Source of the DNA: a virus
IMG/VR virus record: IMGVR_UViG_3300013772_000003
Location: 1 to 64,000 of that record
Length of the DNA stretch: 64,000 nucleotides
Strand: one strand, 5' to 3'
The stretch's first letter is position 1, and each line of letters begins with the position of its first letter. Made by a program: the position numbers and the translations under genes. This document shows positions 38,480 through 48,991 of this stretch, piece after piece. The notes under the pieces were generated by a model. It ran no database searches. It was given only the letters and a program-made list of their open reading frames with translations, and was not told where the DNA came from.

Positions 38480-40114
38480 TCACATACTAAAACCCGTAAT
38501 TGGGTTCTTCAACGTGATTTTTAATATCTTACTCGGATCTTTTACCCAAACCGCTTTGTGAGCCTGCTGCATAAACACTCTGAATCCAGAGAATTCTCCG
38601 CTTGACTGATGTCCATTGCGACCTAAGTAGTCCATAGTACCGTTTTGGTATCTCCAACGTAAAGCACCAGCATCTCCTTCTTTTTGTAACAGGAAGATGT
38701 TGTCGTTCGTGTTGTTAGTTACGTCAAAAATCAAGAAACTATAAGAAGATAATGGATACCCGTCGATCAACGGATTCTCAATATCGTTCGTGTTAAAGTT
38801 GTCTAACGCCGGGTTAATTTTGAAAGTCAAATTAGCCAAGAAAGGAATTTTGTACTTAGTGTACGCATATCCGAATCCTAAGTTCATGCTCTGACCTTGG
38901 ATTGCTCCGATACCGTCTTTCTCCGCTGCTTGGATAAGGAATCCAGCACTTGCTGCTTCCTGCGCGATAAGTTCGTTTACCATACGCATTCCTCCCATAC
39001 CTGTTTGCACTTCGATTTCGCGAAGAGAATCAGGACCGGTTAAACCCACACGACCCGCGTAGAAGTTGTATAACTGAGAACGGAATAAATCAAGAGAGAA
39101 GCTTGCTTTGTTGTAAACATATTTGTATGCGCTGTCTAACTGCTTCCAAAGACCAGTTGACATACGTAAATCATCAGCACCATCGCGCTGAATACGTCCA
39201 CCTTTACCCCACATCAAATAAGTTTCGATGTCAAGAGCCACTTTAGAAACGTGAGCCGCTTCCATTGCAGTTAAGAAAGTATAAGATAAACGTCCATCAG
39301 CATAAGCGTCTTTCATATACGCACCACCTTTCTTCGCTTTTAACTGCTCAAGAGAGGTGATTGTTGCGATTGAAGGATCGTTTTTATCCTTGATGTTCCA
39401 AATTTCTGTTACGTTTAACGCCCCTTGTGCGCTTACTCCGTTTTTTGCCATTAAAGCTGCACGATCAGTCACTGTAAAGTGAGCGTTAGCATCAGTTTGC
39501 CCAACGAAGTTGTACCACTGACGAGCGCCTGAACGAATCGAAACGTCATCATATTTACCCGGATACTCTCCAGTAGCACTTGTTACACGAAACACCTTAG
39601 TTCCATTAGCAAGATACTTATTATCCAAGAAATTTACGTTTGCGTTATTCACCAAACGAACTGTGTAAATAAATCCATCACCTATTGGTAAAATAGGATC
39701 AGCAGTCACATACATCTCAGCACCGTTGAATTTATCGAAGGTGAAGATTGCGCTGTGACCAAACTCCTGACGGTTTAATTTCACACGGAAAGTGCTTCCG
39801 TCAATACCTTTTGTGGTATTTGATGGATCAATGTCCTCAATGATATAAGGAAGATCCTGAGAAATTGGAGTTTCCCAAGTATATTCTCCGCGAATACCGG
39901 CAACTTTGATTGTGTTTTTTCCTCCAAAAGAAGAAAATTGATATAAAGGCATCTCGACTTTTTGAGTCATTGCCCAAATATCCACAGGACCTAAATCCAT
40001 AGGTTTCACATCATGCAACATATTGCGCATGTGGTAAGAGTCAATGTGAGAAGACGCATTCAGTGTTGTGTCTCGTAGGAATATCCCCGAGCCGGAGAAA
40101 TTAGGAGTTGCCAT
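38480..40114 (-). CDS. Major capsid protein
   Basis: 544 aa; crAss-like MCP features (ETYLMWGKGG, STGLWKQL, TGMGG, VWVKDPS); order portal-scaffold-MCP. Confidence 0.9.
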   Translation of the reverse strand: MATPNFSGSGIFLRDTTLNASSHIDSYHMRNMLHDVKPMDLGPVDIWAMTQKVEMPLYQFSSFGGKNTIKVAGIRGEYTWETPISQDLPYIIEDIDPSNTTKGIDGSTFRVKLNRQEFGHSAIFTFDKFNGAEMYVTADPILPIGDGFIYTVRLVNNANVNFLDNKYLANGTKVFRVTSATGEYPGKYDDVSIRSGARQWYNFVGQTDANAHFTVTDRAALMAKNGVSAQGALNVTEIWNIKDKNDPSIATITSLEQLKAKKGGAYMKDAYADGRLSYTFLTAMEAAHVSKVALDIETYLMWGKGGRIQRDGADDLRMSTGLWKQLDSAYKYVYNKASFSLDLFRSQLYNFYAGRVGLTGPDSLREIEVQTGMGGMRMVNELIAQEAASAGFLIQAAEKDGIGAIQGQSMNLGFGYAYTKYKIPFLANLTFKINPALDNFNTNDIENPLIDGYPLSSYSFLIFDVTNNTNDNIFLLQKEGDAGALRWRYQNGTMDYLGRNGHQSSGEFSGFRVFMQQAHKAVWVKDPSKILKITLKNPITGFSM

Positions 40115-40116
40115 TT

Positions 40117-40123
40117 GTGGAGT
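40117..40123 (-). promoter_or_regulatory. ACTCCAC translation-initiation-region motif upstream of MCP (representative)
   Basis: Also at 29152, 32742, 34155, 44892, 58867; ACTCCAT at 34963 and overlapping ATG 51296. Confidence 0.8.
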
Positions 40124-40158
40124 TTTTAGTTGTTAAGTTGTTGTTTTTTTTGTTTAGT

Positions 40159-41469
40159 TTAATCTCGTTTAAAAGGATTAACCGGATCTCGACGTTTCAG
40201 CGTCTTGACCGTTCTTCCTGCGGCTGCGTCATCGTCATCCTCTGTTGTAGATGCATTACGACTTGCCTGTTCAATTTTTAATTTTTTTACTGTCTCTGTT
40301 ACCTTTGCAGTAGCTCCTTGTTCGCGTGCTTTAGCAAGAAATCCTTCTTTATCTTTTAGAATCCATGCCACCAAAGCAACAGTTTCTAAATCCCGATTTT
40401 TACCAAATTGTTTGCTTTCCAGAAGATACGCCATTTCGTTAGCCTGCCTTCCGTTCATATCTGTAAACTTAGGAAGTACTAATGCGTGATATAATCCTTT
40501 TTGTGTCTTATCGTCCAACTTCAACCCCCCAAGTACTTTAGGAGCTAACGTATTGAAAACATTATCCATATATTCAGCCGCTCCTGCTTCTGCATTTCTG
40601 CGAGCCTGTTCCACCCTTTTCACGTTTTGTTCAATTCTTTGTTGTTGAGCAGAATCTAATTTGGGTTTAAACTGTTTTGCTTTTTTCTCAAGTTCTTCTT
40701 TATCTTTAAGGGACGCAATCTCTTCGTCAAGCTCTTCGGGAGAGGAATTGTCTCTCATCTGCAAATAATTGCGTACAATAGCTTCTTGCCCCTCCTCAGT
40801 TTCTACATCAAGGTTTGTTGTATCAGCAACCTGAGTTACCACTCTTAAAATATGATGTACATCCTGAGCAGTGTACCCCCCTTTAGCCCCCTTTAAGTTC
40901 TCTAAATAAACAAATGCGGTTTGAAACTCTTCCGGTAATGAATCAAAAAAAGCAACAGGAATCTCTTCCTTTACTTTATCTTCACGATGCGCAAGATTGA
41001 GTTCAATAAATTCTTTGTAGTCATCCTTAGTCCACTCTTCCATAGGCTTTGGATCATCCAACGCGACAAACTTTTCTTCTTTTATAAGTTCGCTCATCAA
41101 CTGTTGAAGTCCACCTTTTTGAAATTCTGGACGACCTTTTTTCTTTTTTTCTTCCTCAGTGTCTTCGTTCTGAGCTTCTGCTATAATATCTGCAGCACTT
41201 TTATCTTTATCCTTATCTACAGCTAAAAGTTCAGCAGCTTTTTTATCAGCCTCTGCTTTTACAGTGTCTGCAGCTTTCTTCTTGTCGTCAGCTATTTCTT
41301 TTTCAAGTGCTGCTGCGTCAAGAGGCTCGTCAGTGTCTCTTGTAAATGACTTTTTTTCTGTGGTTTGGGTGATAACATTCTCACCAGTGGCAATACCTAA
41401 TAACTCAGCGACAGCTTGGTTATCCAAGGTAACTTGTGAAATCTCGGTATTTTCGGTATTGTCTGCCAT
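40159..41469 (-). CDS. Scaffold-like acidic helical protein (crAss gene-77-like)
   Basis: 436 aa, E/K/D-rich coiled coil between portal and MCP. Confidence 0.7.
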   Translation of the reverse strand: MADNTENTEISQVTLDNQAVAELLGIATGENVITQTTEKKSFTRDTDEPLDAAALEKEIADDKKKAADTVKAEADKKAAELLAVDKDKDKSAADIIAEAQNEDTEEEKKKKGRPEFQKGGLQQLMSELIKEEKFVALDDPKPMEEWTKDDYKEFIELNLAHREDKVKEEIPVAFFDSLPEEFQTAFVYLENLKGAKGGYTAQDVHHILRVVTQVADTTNLDVETEEGQEAIVRNYLQMRDNSSPEELDEEIASLKDKEELEKKAKQFKPKLDSAQQQRIEQNVKRVEQARRNAEAGAAEYMDNVFNTLAPKVLGGLKLDDKTQKGLYHALVLPKFTDMNGRQANEMAYLLESKQFGKNRDLETVALVAWILKDKEGFLAKAREQGATAKVTETVKKLKIEQASRNASTTEDDDDAAAGRTVKTLKRRDPVNPFKRD

Positions 41470-41475
41470 ACTATT

Positions 41476-41491
41476 GTTGGTTTAGTTGGTT
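41476..41491 (-). promoter_or_regulatory. AACCAAC translation-initiation-region motif, tandem pair (representative)
   Basis: Also at 12790, 12800, 18191, 31512, 35199, 36239, 36250, 37340, 51300, 53810, 57120, 61666. Confidence 0.8.
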
Positions 41492-41562
41492 TTTTGTCTT
41501 AGGTTTTACCCCAATACAAAGCAAAAATAAATAATAATTGTGTAGAAGTATGAGGAAAGTTA

Positions 41563-42117
41563 TTAACAGGCGACTTTAAAGTTTAAATTTGCAAATTCTC
41601 CAAAATGTTTTTGTGCAGCAGAATCATAAGCCATTGCTGCCATTAATTCTCCTTCTGGAGTGAAAGGAAAAAGTCCTAATCTTATCTTTGTTCTATCGGG
41701 ACATATTTGCGATAACCAGTAAGTATACTCATACTCTCTAATTCCGGGCTTTCTTTTATTTGTACGAACACACTTCTGTATATACTTACACACTCCTAAA
41801 AACCCAGAGCTACTACCCGCTCTTGAAATTGTATTTACTGCATTTTGCTTTGGAGTAGCTATTCGTAAGTTTTTTCGTTGGTTATCTAATGTATCATGAT
41901 TCTCGTGGTCTACAACCTTCTTATCCCCCTTAATACATCCCATAAGTTGCCGGTGCATTTTTATGTGATTACGTGTCCCGTCCCTACGCTCCGCATACCA
42001 AGCAGGCGCTTTACGACTCTCATCCCGATGCGCAAACCACTTCCATTGCATCAAGAAATCATAATCCTCGTCATCTACTTGTGCAAATTTTCCTTGTGTT
42101 AGCGGAATTAATTTCAT
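41563..42117 (-). CDS. HNH homing endonuclease with AP2-like domain
   Basis: IPLTQGKFAQVDDEDY, VVDHENHDTLDNQRKNLR, AAMAYDSAA..FGEFA. Confidence 0.9.
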   Translation of the reverse strand: MKLIPLTQGKFAQVDDEDYDFLMQWKWFAHRDESRKAPAWYAERRDGTRNHIKMHRQLMGCIKGDKKVVDHENHDTLDNQRKNLRIATPKQNAVNTISRAGSSSGFLGVCKYIQKCVRTNKRKPGIREYEYTYWLSQICPDRTKIRLGLFPFTPEGELMAAMAYDSAAQKHFGEFANLNFKVAC

Positions 42118-44888
42118 TTCTTTTTTGTTTTGTTTTTAGCAGCAAGTTCTGATTTTGATTTATTTTCTTTGGCTATTTGTAAATCTATGTTTTTCATCTG
42201 CATCTGTAACGCCATTTTCTCTCGCTGCACCTGCTGCTTGTCATTATTTAAAAGCTGTTTAGATTGCTCTTTGCTTTTTTCCAAATTCATTTGTTCGGTG
42301 AATGCGTCTTGTTTTTGTATTAAGCCCATTGCATCAAGAAATTCATTCTGCCCATTCGCGTCCACATCAACCGCACTACCATAACCAGCAGCACGTATCT
42401 CAGCAACAAGAACATTATTCTTCTCTCTGTTCGCTGCTAACACAGCCTCTCTATCATAAGCTAATTGGGATTCTTTTGCTATAGCTTCGTTTTGTGCATC
42501 CTGCATTTGTTGTTCATGCGCACGCTCTTCCTCTTTTGCCTTGGACGTTTTTTCTTCTATAGTTTTGAGTACGTGCATAACTTCCGCCTTAGAATCACCG
42601 TTAAACATCAGATCTCCTAAATCGTATATGGTAGCACCCGTAGTATTGTTAGTCATCGCCTGCTTCTTAAATTCTTCAAGAAGAGTTCTTGTCATTGAGT
42701 CCGTTGTACATTCCACGCCGATTTGGGCAAGAAGCAACTCTGTTCCGTTGATTTCAAAATTCACACGCTCATCTTTAGATGTCACGTACTGCAATCGTAT
42801 AGAAGGTTTGGTAGACTGATAAAACTGAGCAAGGTCTGTTCTCATCTGATGGACCCTTGGGAGTAAACGATCTGTATACCTTGTGAAATAAGGCTCTGTT
42901 TGTGCATAAGAAGCGTTCAGATTCTGTTCCGCACCGGTTGCAGTCTGTCTGCCCAACTCTTGTCCCATACGCTGAGGAGTCACTCCTATTGAAGAATATG
43001 CTTCCTGTTTAAAATGGTTTGCAAGATTGATACGACTTAATAGACGCTGCGTCTGTGACAGATCAAGTTGAGCATACGGCTGTCCACTTATCTGTCCTTC
43101 CATATTAGCAACAGAGGTATCAATGGGAATTACTCCAAAATTCTTTGCAGCTACAAAAGCTTTTGCAAAGTTGTTTTTTCCCCAATCCTCTCCAAGAGAA
43201 TGTTGTGGAAGTGCATTTTGATCAAGCATAATAACAGTACCAATCTCGTCGATCAGGATGTCCTGAATCTGATTGTTCACCATATTGTACCCCACCTGAA
43301 ACGGTTTCAATAAGTCTACAAGAGAAATAGAACGAGTATTATAGTCAGAAAATACTGCACCCTCAACCGGCAACTTACACCCGTAAAGCGTTTTGTCCCC
43401 CTTAAATTGAAACTTCAAGGGACCCATTTGGTTTTGATTTATTCCAAGATAGAGTGGATTCACTCCGCCGGGATTCTTCATTCCCCACCAACTTGGACGG
43501 TTAGGACCTATTTTAAGTCCTCCCCATGTTTGGTTAATCCAAATCCATTCTATGTGCTCACCAAAAACCAATGTGTCAGCATCTTTGTTTTTTAGCAGGA
43601 GGTTGTTGTAAACCGGATGATCGGTCACTTTATAGTCCTCATCAACGATGTCTGTAATTGTTTCCCCGTTCTCCTTAATCTTTGTAAGATGCCCTACCTT
43701 ACGCTGAGATTTCCAATAAATAGTAGATGCGCGTAATAAAAACGTAGAGCCCAAATCCGTGTAATCTTCCTGCTGACTCATTATCCAATTGATAATATCG
43801 CCATTATTGGCATCTAAATCGCGGGTAGAAACAAGTTGTCTGTAAGCTAAACCCGGAGGTGCTGTGTTCCACTCATGGCTTTGCGTAGCATCATAATATG
43901 ATCCATCGTTTTGGTACCCGGATAATCCATAACCAACAGCTCTAACAGGGTAAAGTATCTCCAAAGATTCCAATTGCTCTGCGGTCATTAACCATCCATA
44001 CTTATCTACAACGTCTGCCACGGTAAGCATTTCTACGTTTCCTACATAATTACCTTCGGACACGTAACGAACCGAAGGAGACTTATGGTAAAAGGTTGTA
44101 ACCGGGTTCCATGCCTCAATATCATAATCATCTTCCAACATACGGAAGTGAAAAAAAGCTCTGTCGGCAGACAGGCTATTACTAAAGTTAAGTTCCTCTA
44201 ACTCTTTTAATTTAAAATGCGCTGTATCTGCGTGGAATTGGTGCATCGCCCACTGCTCTGACATACTGCGATAAGTCTTACTGTAAAATTGGTGTATCTC
44301 AGGAAGCGACTTCAAACTGTCTGGGGAAAGCTGTTGCTTCATCTGCTCCTGAACCTGTGGATCATTCGGGTCAAGTCCTTGTTGAATCATATTGTTCAAC
44401 ATTTGCTTCTCCGCGTCTGCCATAAGCACGTCACTTATTTGAGAAATTTTTTGAGCGTCTTTTTCGTTTTGTGAAAACTCATCGGTGTTATAAAAAGTAA
44501 TTTTACTGTTTCGTTTTGCAAACTCAGAGCAGAAAGTATTTATGATTGGAGGAATGAGGGGATAAAAACCAAGCTCCAAACCGATAGGCGCTTCTTTCTG
44601 TGTAAGAACTTCTGCAAGGTCGCGCATCTCATTATCCTGAACAACCATGTAATCACTGTTGTCAATAATTCCTTTGGACAGTTTATAATTTTTCATCAGT
44701 CGCGGAGCGTTGCGACGTATTTGTTTTAGTCCGTTCCATTCTAAAAAATCTATGGTGCTCGCTAAATGTTCGGGTGTTTTATCTTTGCGAGGAAGCATCT
44801 GAATCGGCATACTAAGAACGCCCATAGAATTAGTCTCTGGCGAAGCTTTCTTTCCTTTGAACAAATCGTAACTTGACAAAACTTGCAT
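42114..44888 (-). CDS. Portal protein
   Basis: 924 aa following TerL; FYPLIPPII, LVDLLKPFQ..YN, GVTPQRMG motifs. Confidence 0.9.
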   Translation of the reverse strand: MQVLSSYDLFKGKKASPETNSMGVLSMPIQMLPRKDKTPEHLASTIDFLEWNGLKQIRRNAPRLMKNYKLSKGIIDNSDYMVVQDNEMRDLAEVLTQKEAPIGLELGFYPLIPPIINTFCSEFAKRNSKITFYNTDEFSQNEKDAQKISQISDVLMADAEKQMLNNMIQQGLDPNDPQVQEQMKQQLSPDSLKSLPEIHQFYSKTYRSMSEQWAMHQFHADTAHFKLKELEELNFSNSLSADRAFFHFRMLEDDYDIEAWNPVTTFYHKSPSVRYVSEGNYVGNVEMLTVADVVDKYGWLMTAEQLESLEILYPVRAVGYGLSGYQNDGSYYDATQSHEWNTAPPGLAYRQLVSTRDLDANNGDIINWIMSQQEDYTDLGSTFLLRASTIYWKSQRKVGHLTKIKENGETITDIVDEDYKVTDHPVYNNLLLKNKDADTLVFGEHIEWIWINQTWGGLKIGPNRPSWWGMKNPGGVNPLYLGINQNQMGPLKFQFKGDKTLYGCKLPVEGAVFSDYNTRSISLVDLLKPFQVGYNMVNNQIQDILIDEIGTVIMLDQNALPQHSLGEDWGKNNFAKAFVAAKNFGVIPIDTSVANMEGQISGQPYAQLDLSQTQRLLSRINLANHFKQEAYSSIGVTPQRMGQELGRQTATGAEQNLNASYAQTEPYFTRYTDRLLPRVHQMRTDLAQFYQSTKPSIRLQYVTSKDERVNFEINGTELLLAQIGVECTTDSMTRTLLEEFKKQAMTNNTTGATIYDLGDLMFNGDSKAEVMHVLKTIEEKTSKAKEEERAHEQQMQDAQNEAIAKESQLAYDREAVLAANREKNNVLVAEIRAAGYGSAVDVDANGQNEFLDAMGLIQKQDAFTEQMNLEKSKEQSKQLLNNDKQQVQREKMALQMQMKNIDLQIAKENKSKSELAAKNKTKKK

Positions 44889-44912
44889 GGTGTGGAGTAT
44901 TAGATATTGTTA

Positions 44913-44920
44913 CAAATATA
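44913..44920 (-). promoter_or_regulatory. Bacteroidota sigma-70 -7 element TAnnTTTG upstream of portal (representative)
   Basis: TATATTTG. Same consensus on - at 18202, 29166, 34202, 34979, 38436, 41522, 51315, 53822, 61601, 61689 and on + at 11191, 58983, 62854, each upstream of a gene start. Confidence 0.8.
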
Positions 44921-44939
44921 ATTCATTTTATTTTAAACC

Positions 44940-47183
44940 TTACCCGAAGTTCTTAAAAGGATTTCTGTCCGGTTTATACACGCTTCCTTTTTGTTGTTGT
45001 CCTAAGTGTTTAAATGCTGTCTTTTTTATATCGTAAGGATTGACATAATCCTTTTTTTGTTCCTTATCCAAATTCTCTTTTACCTTCTTATTTCCTCTTA
45101 TTGCGTGCTGCACCTTCAAAAAGGCAACTAATGCTGCAAATGCTACAAGTCTATCCACGTTAAGCCCTTTAACGTATGCCTCCATCTCTTTCAGGAGCAT
45201 TATGTCTGGAATACGTTCTATTCCGTAAGTTACTTTTACCGGCGTTCCGTCAGGCAAAAATTCGGTGTGAAGTTCCTCTTTTAAAAAATCTATTGCATAG
45301 TTTAAATAGTCATTAGAAAAAACCGTGCCTGTATTTCTCCACCCAAATTCACAAGGAGTGTTGTTGGTTGTAGCTCCGAACTCTTTCCTAAAAATCATTT
45401 GATCACCGGGAACTAAATATTTTGTTTTCTTCTTATGCTTCATGTGCTGAATAAATCCAGAAATATTCACCTCCACAACAGTCCACGCATTGTACAACTC
45501 AATTAACATTTCGCACAACTCATGGTTTTTGTTTACATCTTCATGCCTTCCGCACCATGATGCCACGATCTTACCCCCTTCTATGAAAATTTTAGTTTCT
45601 CCTTTCTGTGTACGCTCTACCTCAATATCTCGCTTATAAACAATAATGCTCACCAAAGACACTGATGAATTTGTACCTCCAACGTCAACCGGATCTATTG
45701 ACGCATAGTAGGTGTCCCATTCTGGATTATCCCTCGGACGCTCATAAATAGTAATACAGCCCTCTTTGCTATTTGCCCGCTTTGATAAAGGGAACTCCAT
45801 AATGGGAGATTTGTTTGTAGGTTTAAAAATAACTTTCCCGTTTTCATTCCTCTCCAACTCCACAAACTCCATCGGATAGGCTTTTGTTTCAATACGACGC
45901 ATTTGTGCCGCAAGAAGATTTGTAGGAAAAATAGAATCCTTACGAATCGCAAAAGCCTCTTTAATAGATAAAGGACGCTGAGAGCAATAATACCTATAAG
46001 ATTCGGGCTTCTTTAGTTTCGCACGTTTGCGTCTACGTTCTATCTCAGCGAGGGCTCCTTCTTTGTTTGTATTTCCCCATTTATCATAGAACTTCACGAC
46101 CTCACCTCCCGTCTCATCTTCCTCATCGTCAGAACCAGAAACATAATTCCACCACTCTGGAGCAAAGAATCCAACCTTTTCTCCAAACTCCGCATCATCC
46201 TCAATCTCGTTTACACACCCAAGAAAATCATTATCTTCAGGATTCAAAATGTAGTGCTTCAATGCATCCGCTTTTTCCAATTCCCCCACCGCTCCGGAGT
46301 ACATGATCAACCCCGTAGTTAATCCTCCCAAAGACACGTTAGAAGTAATATATTCGTGAGTCTTTGCTCCTGTACCGTTTTTACCAAACTCTTCTCCAAA
46401 AATAACGGTTGCAATACCTCCAACGCCGTTGGTGGGGTCTTGCTTAGTTGTAAATCCTTTTGCAATAGACATATTCCCTACATACCCAGAGCCATCCTTT
46501 TTCTTCCTACGTATCTGCCAGTCTAACTTTTTTGAAGGGTCGAATCCTCGTTTCCATCCGCAGTACGTGTTAACATGATCTCGATACTTCTCCATAAGTC
46601 CCCACGAATCCTTCACGGAAATTTCATCAGACGCGAATACTTTAGCAACAGAGCCCTTCCCAAACCAAATGTCATTCATAATGATTGACATATTCTTCAG
46701 AGAATATCCTGCTTGACGTTTCTTTAAAATAACTCCATATTTTCTGCGTAAAATACAACGAAGGATATACAAATAATAATGGTAGTCTCCGTCGTAAATT
46801 TCAGGAAGGTCTGGACGCTTTTTTACTTTATCAGGTATTGGACAATAATTAAGATACCAATACATCAATCCGGGAACTGCATACTCTAATTTTTCAGATT
46901 TCTTTTTGTAGATAACAAATCCATCGAACTTACATTTTTCTTTTTCTGCATCCCAATGTTTTTTGAAGTCAAGGGATTTGCTCATGTAAACAGGGTATTG
47001 TCCTGTCTTCTGCCAAATCTTTCCTTGTGCGTTCCAATACCCGTCTGTATATTTTAAACGATAATTCCCGGGATACTTTACTTGCGAATTTATGTATTGG
47101 ATTACTTCCCTCTGTGTTTCAAACTCAGTGGTTCCCCATGTTTCGGTATCGAGATTATATGTAGGGGCGGAGTAGTAACTCAT
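44940..47183 (-). CDS. terL: Terminase large subunit
   Basis: 747 aa; ILKKRQAGYS Walker A, IFGEEFG Walker B, ASIDPV and NVDR nuclease motifs. Confidence 0.92.
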   Translation of the reverse strand: MSYYSAPTYNLDTETWGTTEFETQREVIQYINSQVKYPGNYRLKYTDGYWNAQGKIWQKTGQYPVYMSKSLDFKKHWDAEKEKCKFDGFVIYKKKSEKLEYAVPGLMYWYLNYCPIPDKVKKRPDLPEIYDGDYHYYLYILRCILRRKYGVILKKRQAGYSLKNMSIIMNDIWFGKGSVAKVFASDEISVKDSWGLMEKYRDHVNTYCGWKRGFDPSKKLDWQIRRKKKDGSGYVGNMSIAKGFTTKQDPTNGVGGIATVIFGEEFGKNGTGAKTHEYITSNVSLGGLTTGLIMYSGAVGELEKADALKHYILNPEDNDFLGCVNEIEDDAEFGEKVGFFAPEWWNYVSGSDDEEDETGGEVVKFYDKWGNTNKEGALAEIERRRKRAKLKKPESYRYYCSQRPLSIKEAFAIRKDSIFPTNLLAAQMRRIETKAYPMEFVELERNENGKVIFKPTNKSPIMEFPLSKRANSKEGCITIYERPRDNPEWDTYYASIDPVDVGGTNSSVSLVSIIVYKRDIEVERTQKGETKIFIEGGKIVASWCGRHEDVNKNHELCEMLIELYNAWTVVEVNISGFIQHMKHKKKTKYLVPGDQMIFRKEFGATTNNTPCEFGWRNTGTVFSNDYLNYAIDFLKEELHTEFLPDGTPVKVTYGIERIPDIMLLKEMEAYVKGLNVDRLVAFAALVAFLKVQHAIRGNKKVKENLDKEQKKDYVNPYDIKKTAFKHLGQQQKGSVYKPDRNPFKNFG

Positions 47184-47677
47184 TATTCATCATAGCTACT
47201 TTGCTGCGTCCCACGTAACGTAGAAACCTCCTCTTGAAAAACTTTTTCCAATTGTTGAAATTCAGAAACTATTTTTCCAACGGACTTCAGCATCCCTGAA
47301 ATTGTAGCGTCCGAACCGTCTCTTCCTGACGTCAACTTTGTTGTGGATAAGTACTCCCCCATATTCTCCAATCCTTCCTTCGCATGATAATAGAACCGAC
47401 GAGTAGGAGTCAAATATAATTCATTTGCCTTATCCAACGCTGTCTCTATATCAGCGTCATCTAAAGAAAAGTCAATCCCCATATCACGGGCAATAGTTTC
47501 AGACTTATCTGCCTCCGGAACCCCTGCGTAGGGACTACTGGGATTAGTCATAAATTCAACGTAAGAAATAGCAGGTATCGGATCTTTAAATTTGCCTACA
47601 AGCACTTTAAACTCAGGGATGAGTAGGCATGTTGGAGTCAGTACCACCTTGTTATTTTCTACATCAAAAATCTTCAC
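47183..47677 (-). CDS. Conserved protein upstream of TerL (possible terminase small subunit)
   Basis: 164 aa helical, translationally coupled to terL; LLIPEF...SPY motif. Confidence 0.5.
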   Translation of the reverse strand: MKIFDVENNKVVLTPTCLLIPEFKVLVGKFKDPIPAISYVEFMTNPSSPYAGVPEADKSETIARDMGIDFSLDDADIETALDKANELYLTPTRRFYYHAKEGLENMGEYLSTTKLTSGRDGSDATISGMLKSVGKIVSEFQQLEKVFQEEVSTLRGTQQSSYDE

Positions 47678-48510
47678 GTTTTCTTCCTTAAATTATGTCT
47701 GTTATCCTTCAACCAATTGAAAATCGCTTCCACTTCCGACCTTAAATACTTCGCTTCATACGGAACAATCTTGTCCACAACGGGATTCCCCCAATCATCC
47801 AGAAGAATTATTGGGTCGCCGTATTGATCTTCCCCTGCAATCGCAAAAACAGCATGTTCGATAATTAATTTTCCAACTGATAATTGCGGATTGTGCTTGA
47901 GCATCATATAGGCATACATACTTAACTGCAAGGAATACGCTTGAAAATTGCAATCCTCAAGATGAGAAACAGGCGTCAACATCATCTTAGAAGTCCCCGA
48001 ATAAGGATTGAAGTAACTCTCGGTTTCTATCTTCTGATTTGTTTTGTAATCTCGTACGTTCAAAATATTATTAGCCACCTCTACATAGTCTACCTGTCCA
48101 CACACACCAACCGTTTTTAGGTAAACCATGTGCTCAGGATAAATCCAACCGTTCTCCAGTTTTTGTTCGGGCGCCTTTTTTACGCCTTCCTCCTCAATAG
48201 GAGCCTGCACCATAAATTCCTCTCCGGAAATGTCCACCGTTTCGCACGATAATAACTCAGCCTCCTGAACCTTGTGGTAGGCAGTTCCTACATCACAACT
48301 TCTGTCCGCTTTATTTTTCCAAATCCATTGAATCTCTTCCGGGTCCATCCCATACCATTTGGATTTTTTGTTCTTGGAACACCTCAAAGACATTCCTTTT
48401 GGATCAAAATTTTCTTTGAATTGCCCAGCAAGTGTGCTGACCGATACCCAATCTATTCCATCAGGAAGAACAGACTCGTAACGATGTCCATCTGTAACGA
48501 ACGTGATCAA
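47674..48510 (-). CDS. PD-(D/E)XK (Cas4/RecB-like) nuclease
   Basis: SVSTL, GTAYH, PEHMVY, CGQVD, DYKTN, YSLQLSMY motifs. Confidence 0.9.
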   Translation of the reverse strand: MITFVTDGHRYESVLPDGIDWVSVSTLAGQFKENFDPKGMSLRCSKNKKSKWYGMDPEEIQWIWKNKADRSCDVGTAYHKVQEAELLSCETVDISGEEFMVQAPIEEEGVKKAPEQKLENGWIYPEHMVYLKTVGVCGQVDYVEVANNILNVRDYKTNQKIETESYFNPYSGTSKMMLTPVSHLEDCNFQAYSLQLSMYAYMMLKHNPQLSVGKLIIEHAVFAIAGEDQYGDPIILLDDWGNPVVDKIVPYEAKYLRSEVEAIFNWLKDNRHNLRKKT

Positions 48511-48749
48511 AATATTTGAATAAAGTTTGAGTTATAAGCCTCGCGGTTTGTGTTCTTAATCCACTTATCGAACTCCGTTGTAACCATCGACATTATTGTC
48601 TGCCCTTTGACCATAATTACTTTATGATTGTCATCCGCAAATTCTACGTCATAACTATATGGAGGAATACCTGCAAGTTCTTCTACTTTCCAGTTCTGAG
48701 GCTTCCACTCCTCTTCTTTCATTTTCTTAATAAATACTTCGATCGTCAT
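48507..48749 (-). CDS. Hypothetical protein
   Basis: 80 aa, tightly packed. Confidence 0.65.
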   Translation of the reverse strand: MTIEVFIKKMKEEEWKPQNWKVEELAGIPPYSYDVEFADDNHKVIMVKGQTIMSMVTTEFDKWIKNTNREAYNSNFIQIF

Positions 48750-48752
48750 AAC

Positions 48753-48989
48753 TTAAAATATAAAACCTTTCGTTTTCTCTTTGTACCAACTCTCAAAATT
48801 CTCAGCATCCAACGCTCGCACGGTAAGTTCGGAAATCAATAATTGTCGAGTACCTTTGCGGAACGTTATATCCATTATTGTGTAATCCTCTACTAAATAG
48901 CTACTAAGATCGTAATTAGGAACAATGCCGTAAGAAGGCTTTTCCCAATCCTTTGTCTTCATTAATGTTTCAAAACACGCTACATCCAT
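48753..48989 (-). CDS. Hypothetical protein
   Basis: 78 aa, tightly packed; weak similarity to downstream neighbour. Confidence 0.65.
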   Translation of the reverse strand: MDVACFETLMKTKDWEKPSYGIVPNYDLSSYLVEDYTIMDITFRKGTRQLLISELTVRALDAENFESWYKEKTKGFIF

Positions 48990-48991
48990 AA

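Noticed and set aside
37470-42117. Group I introns or inteins associated with the LAGLIDADG/HNH genes
   Set aside because: MCP, portal and TerL look uninterrupted and the nucleases lie outside them; no intein termini seen.
47674-48510. Cas4-like gene as sign of a CRISPR system
   Set aside because: No repeat-spacer array or other cas genes seen; PD-(D/E)XK nucleases are usual here in crAss-like phages.
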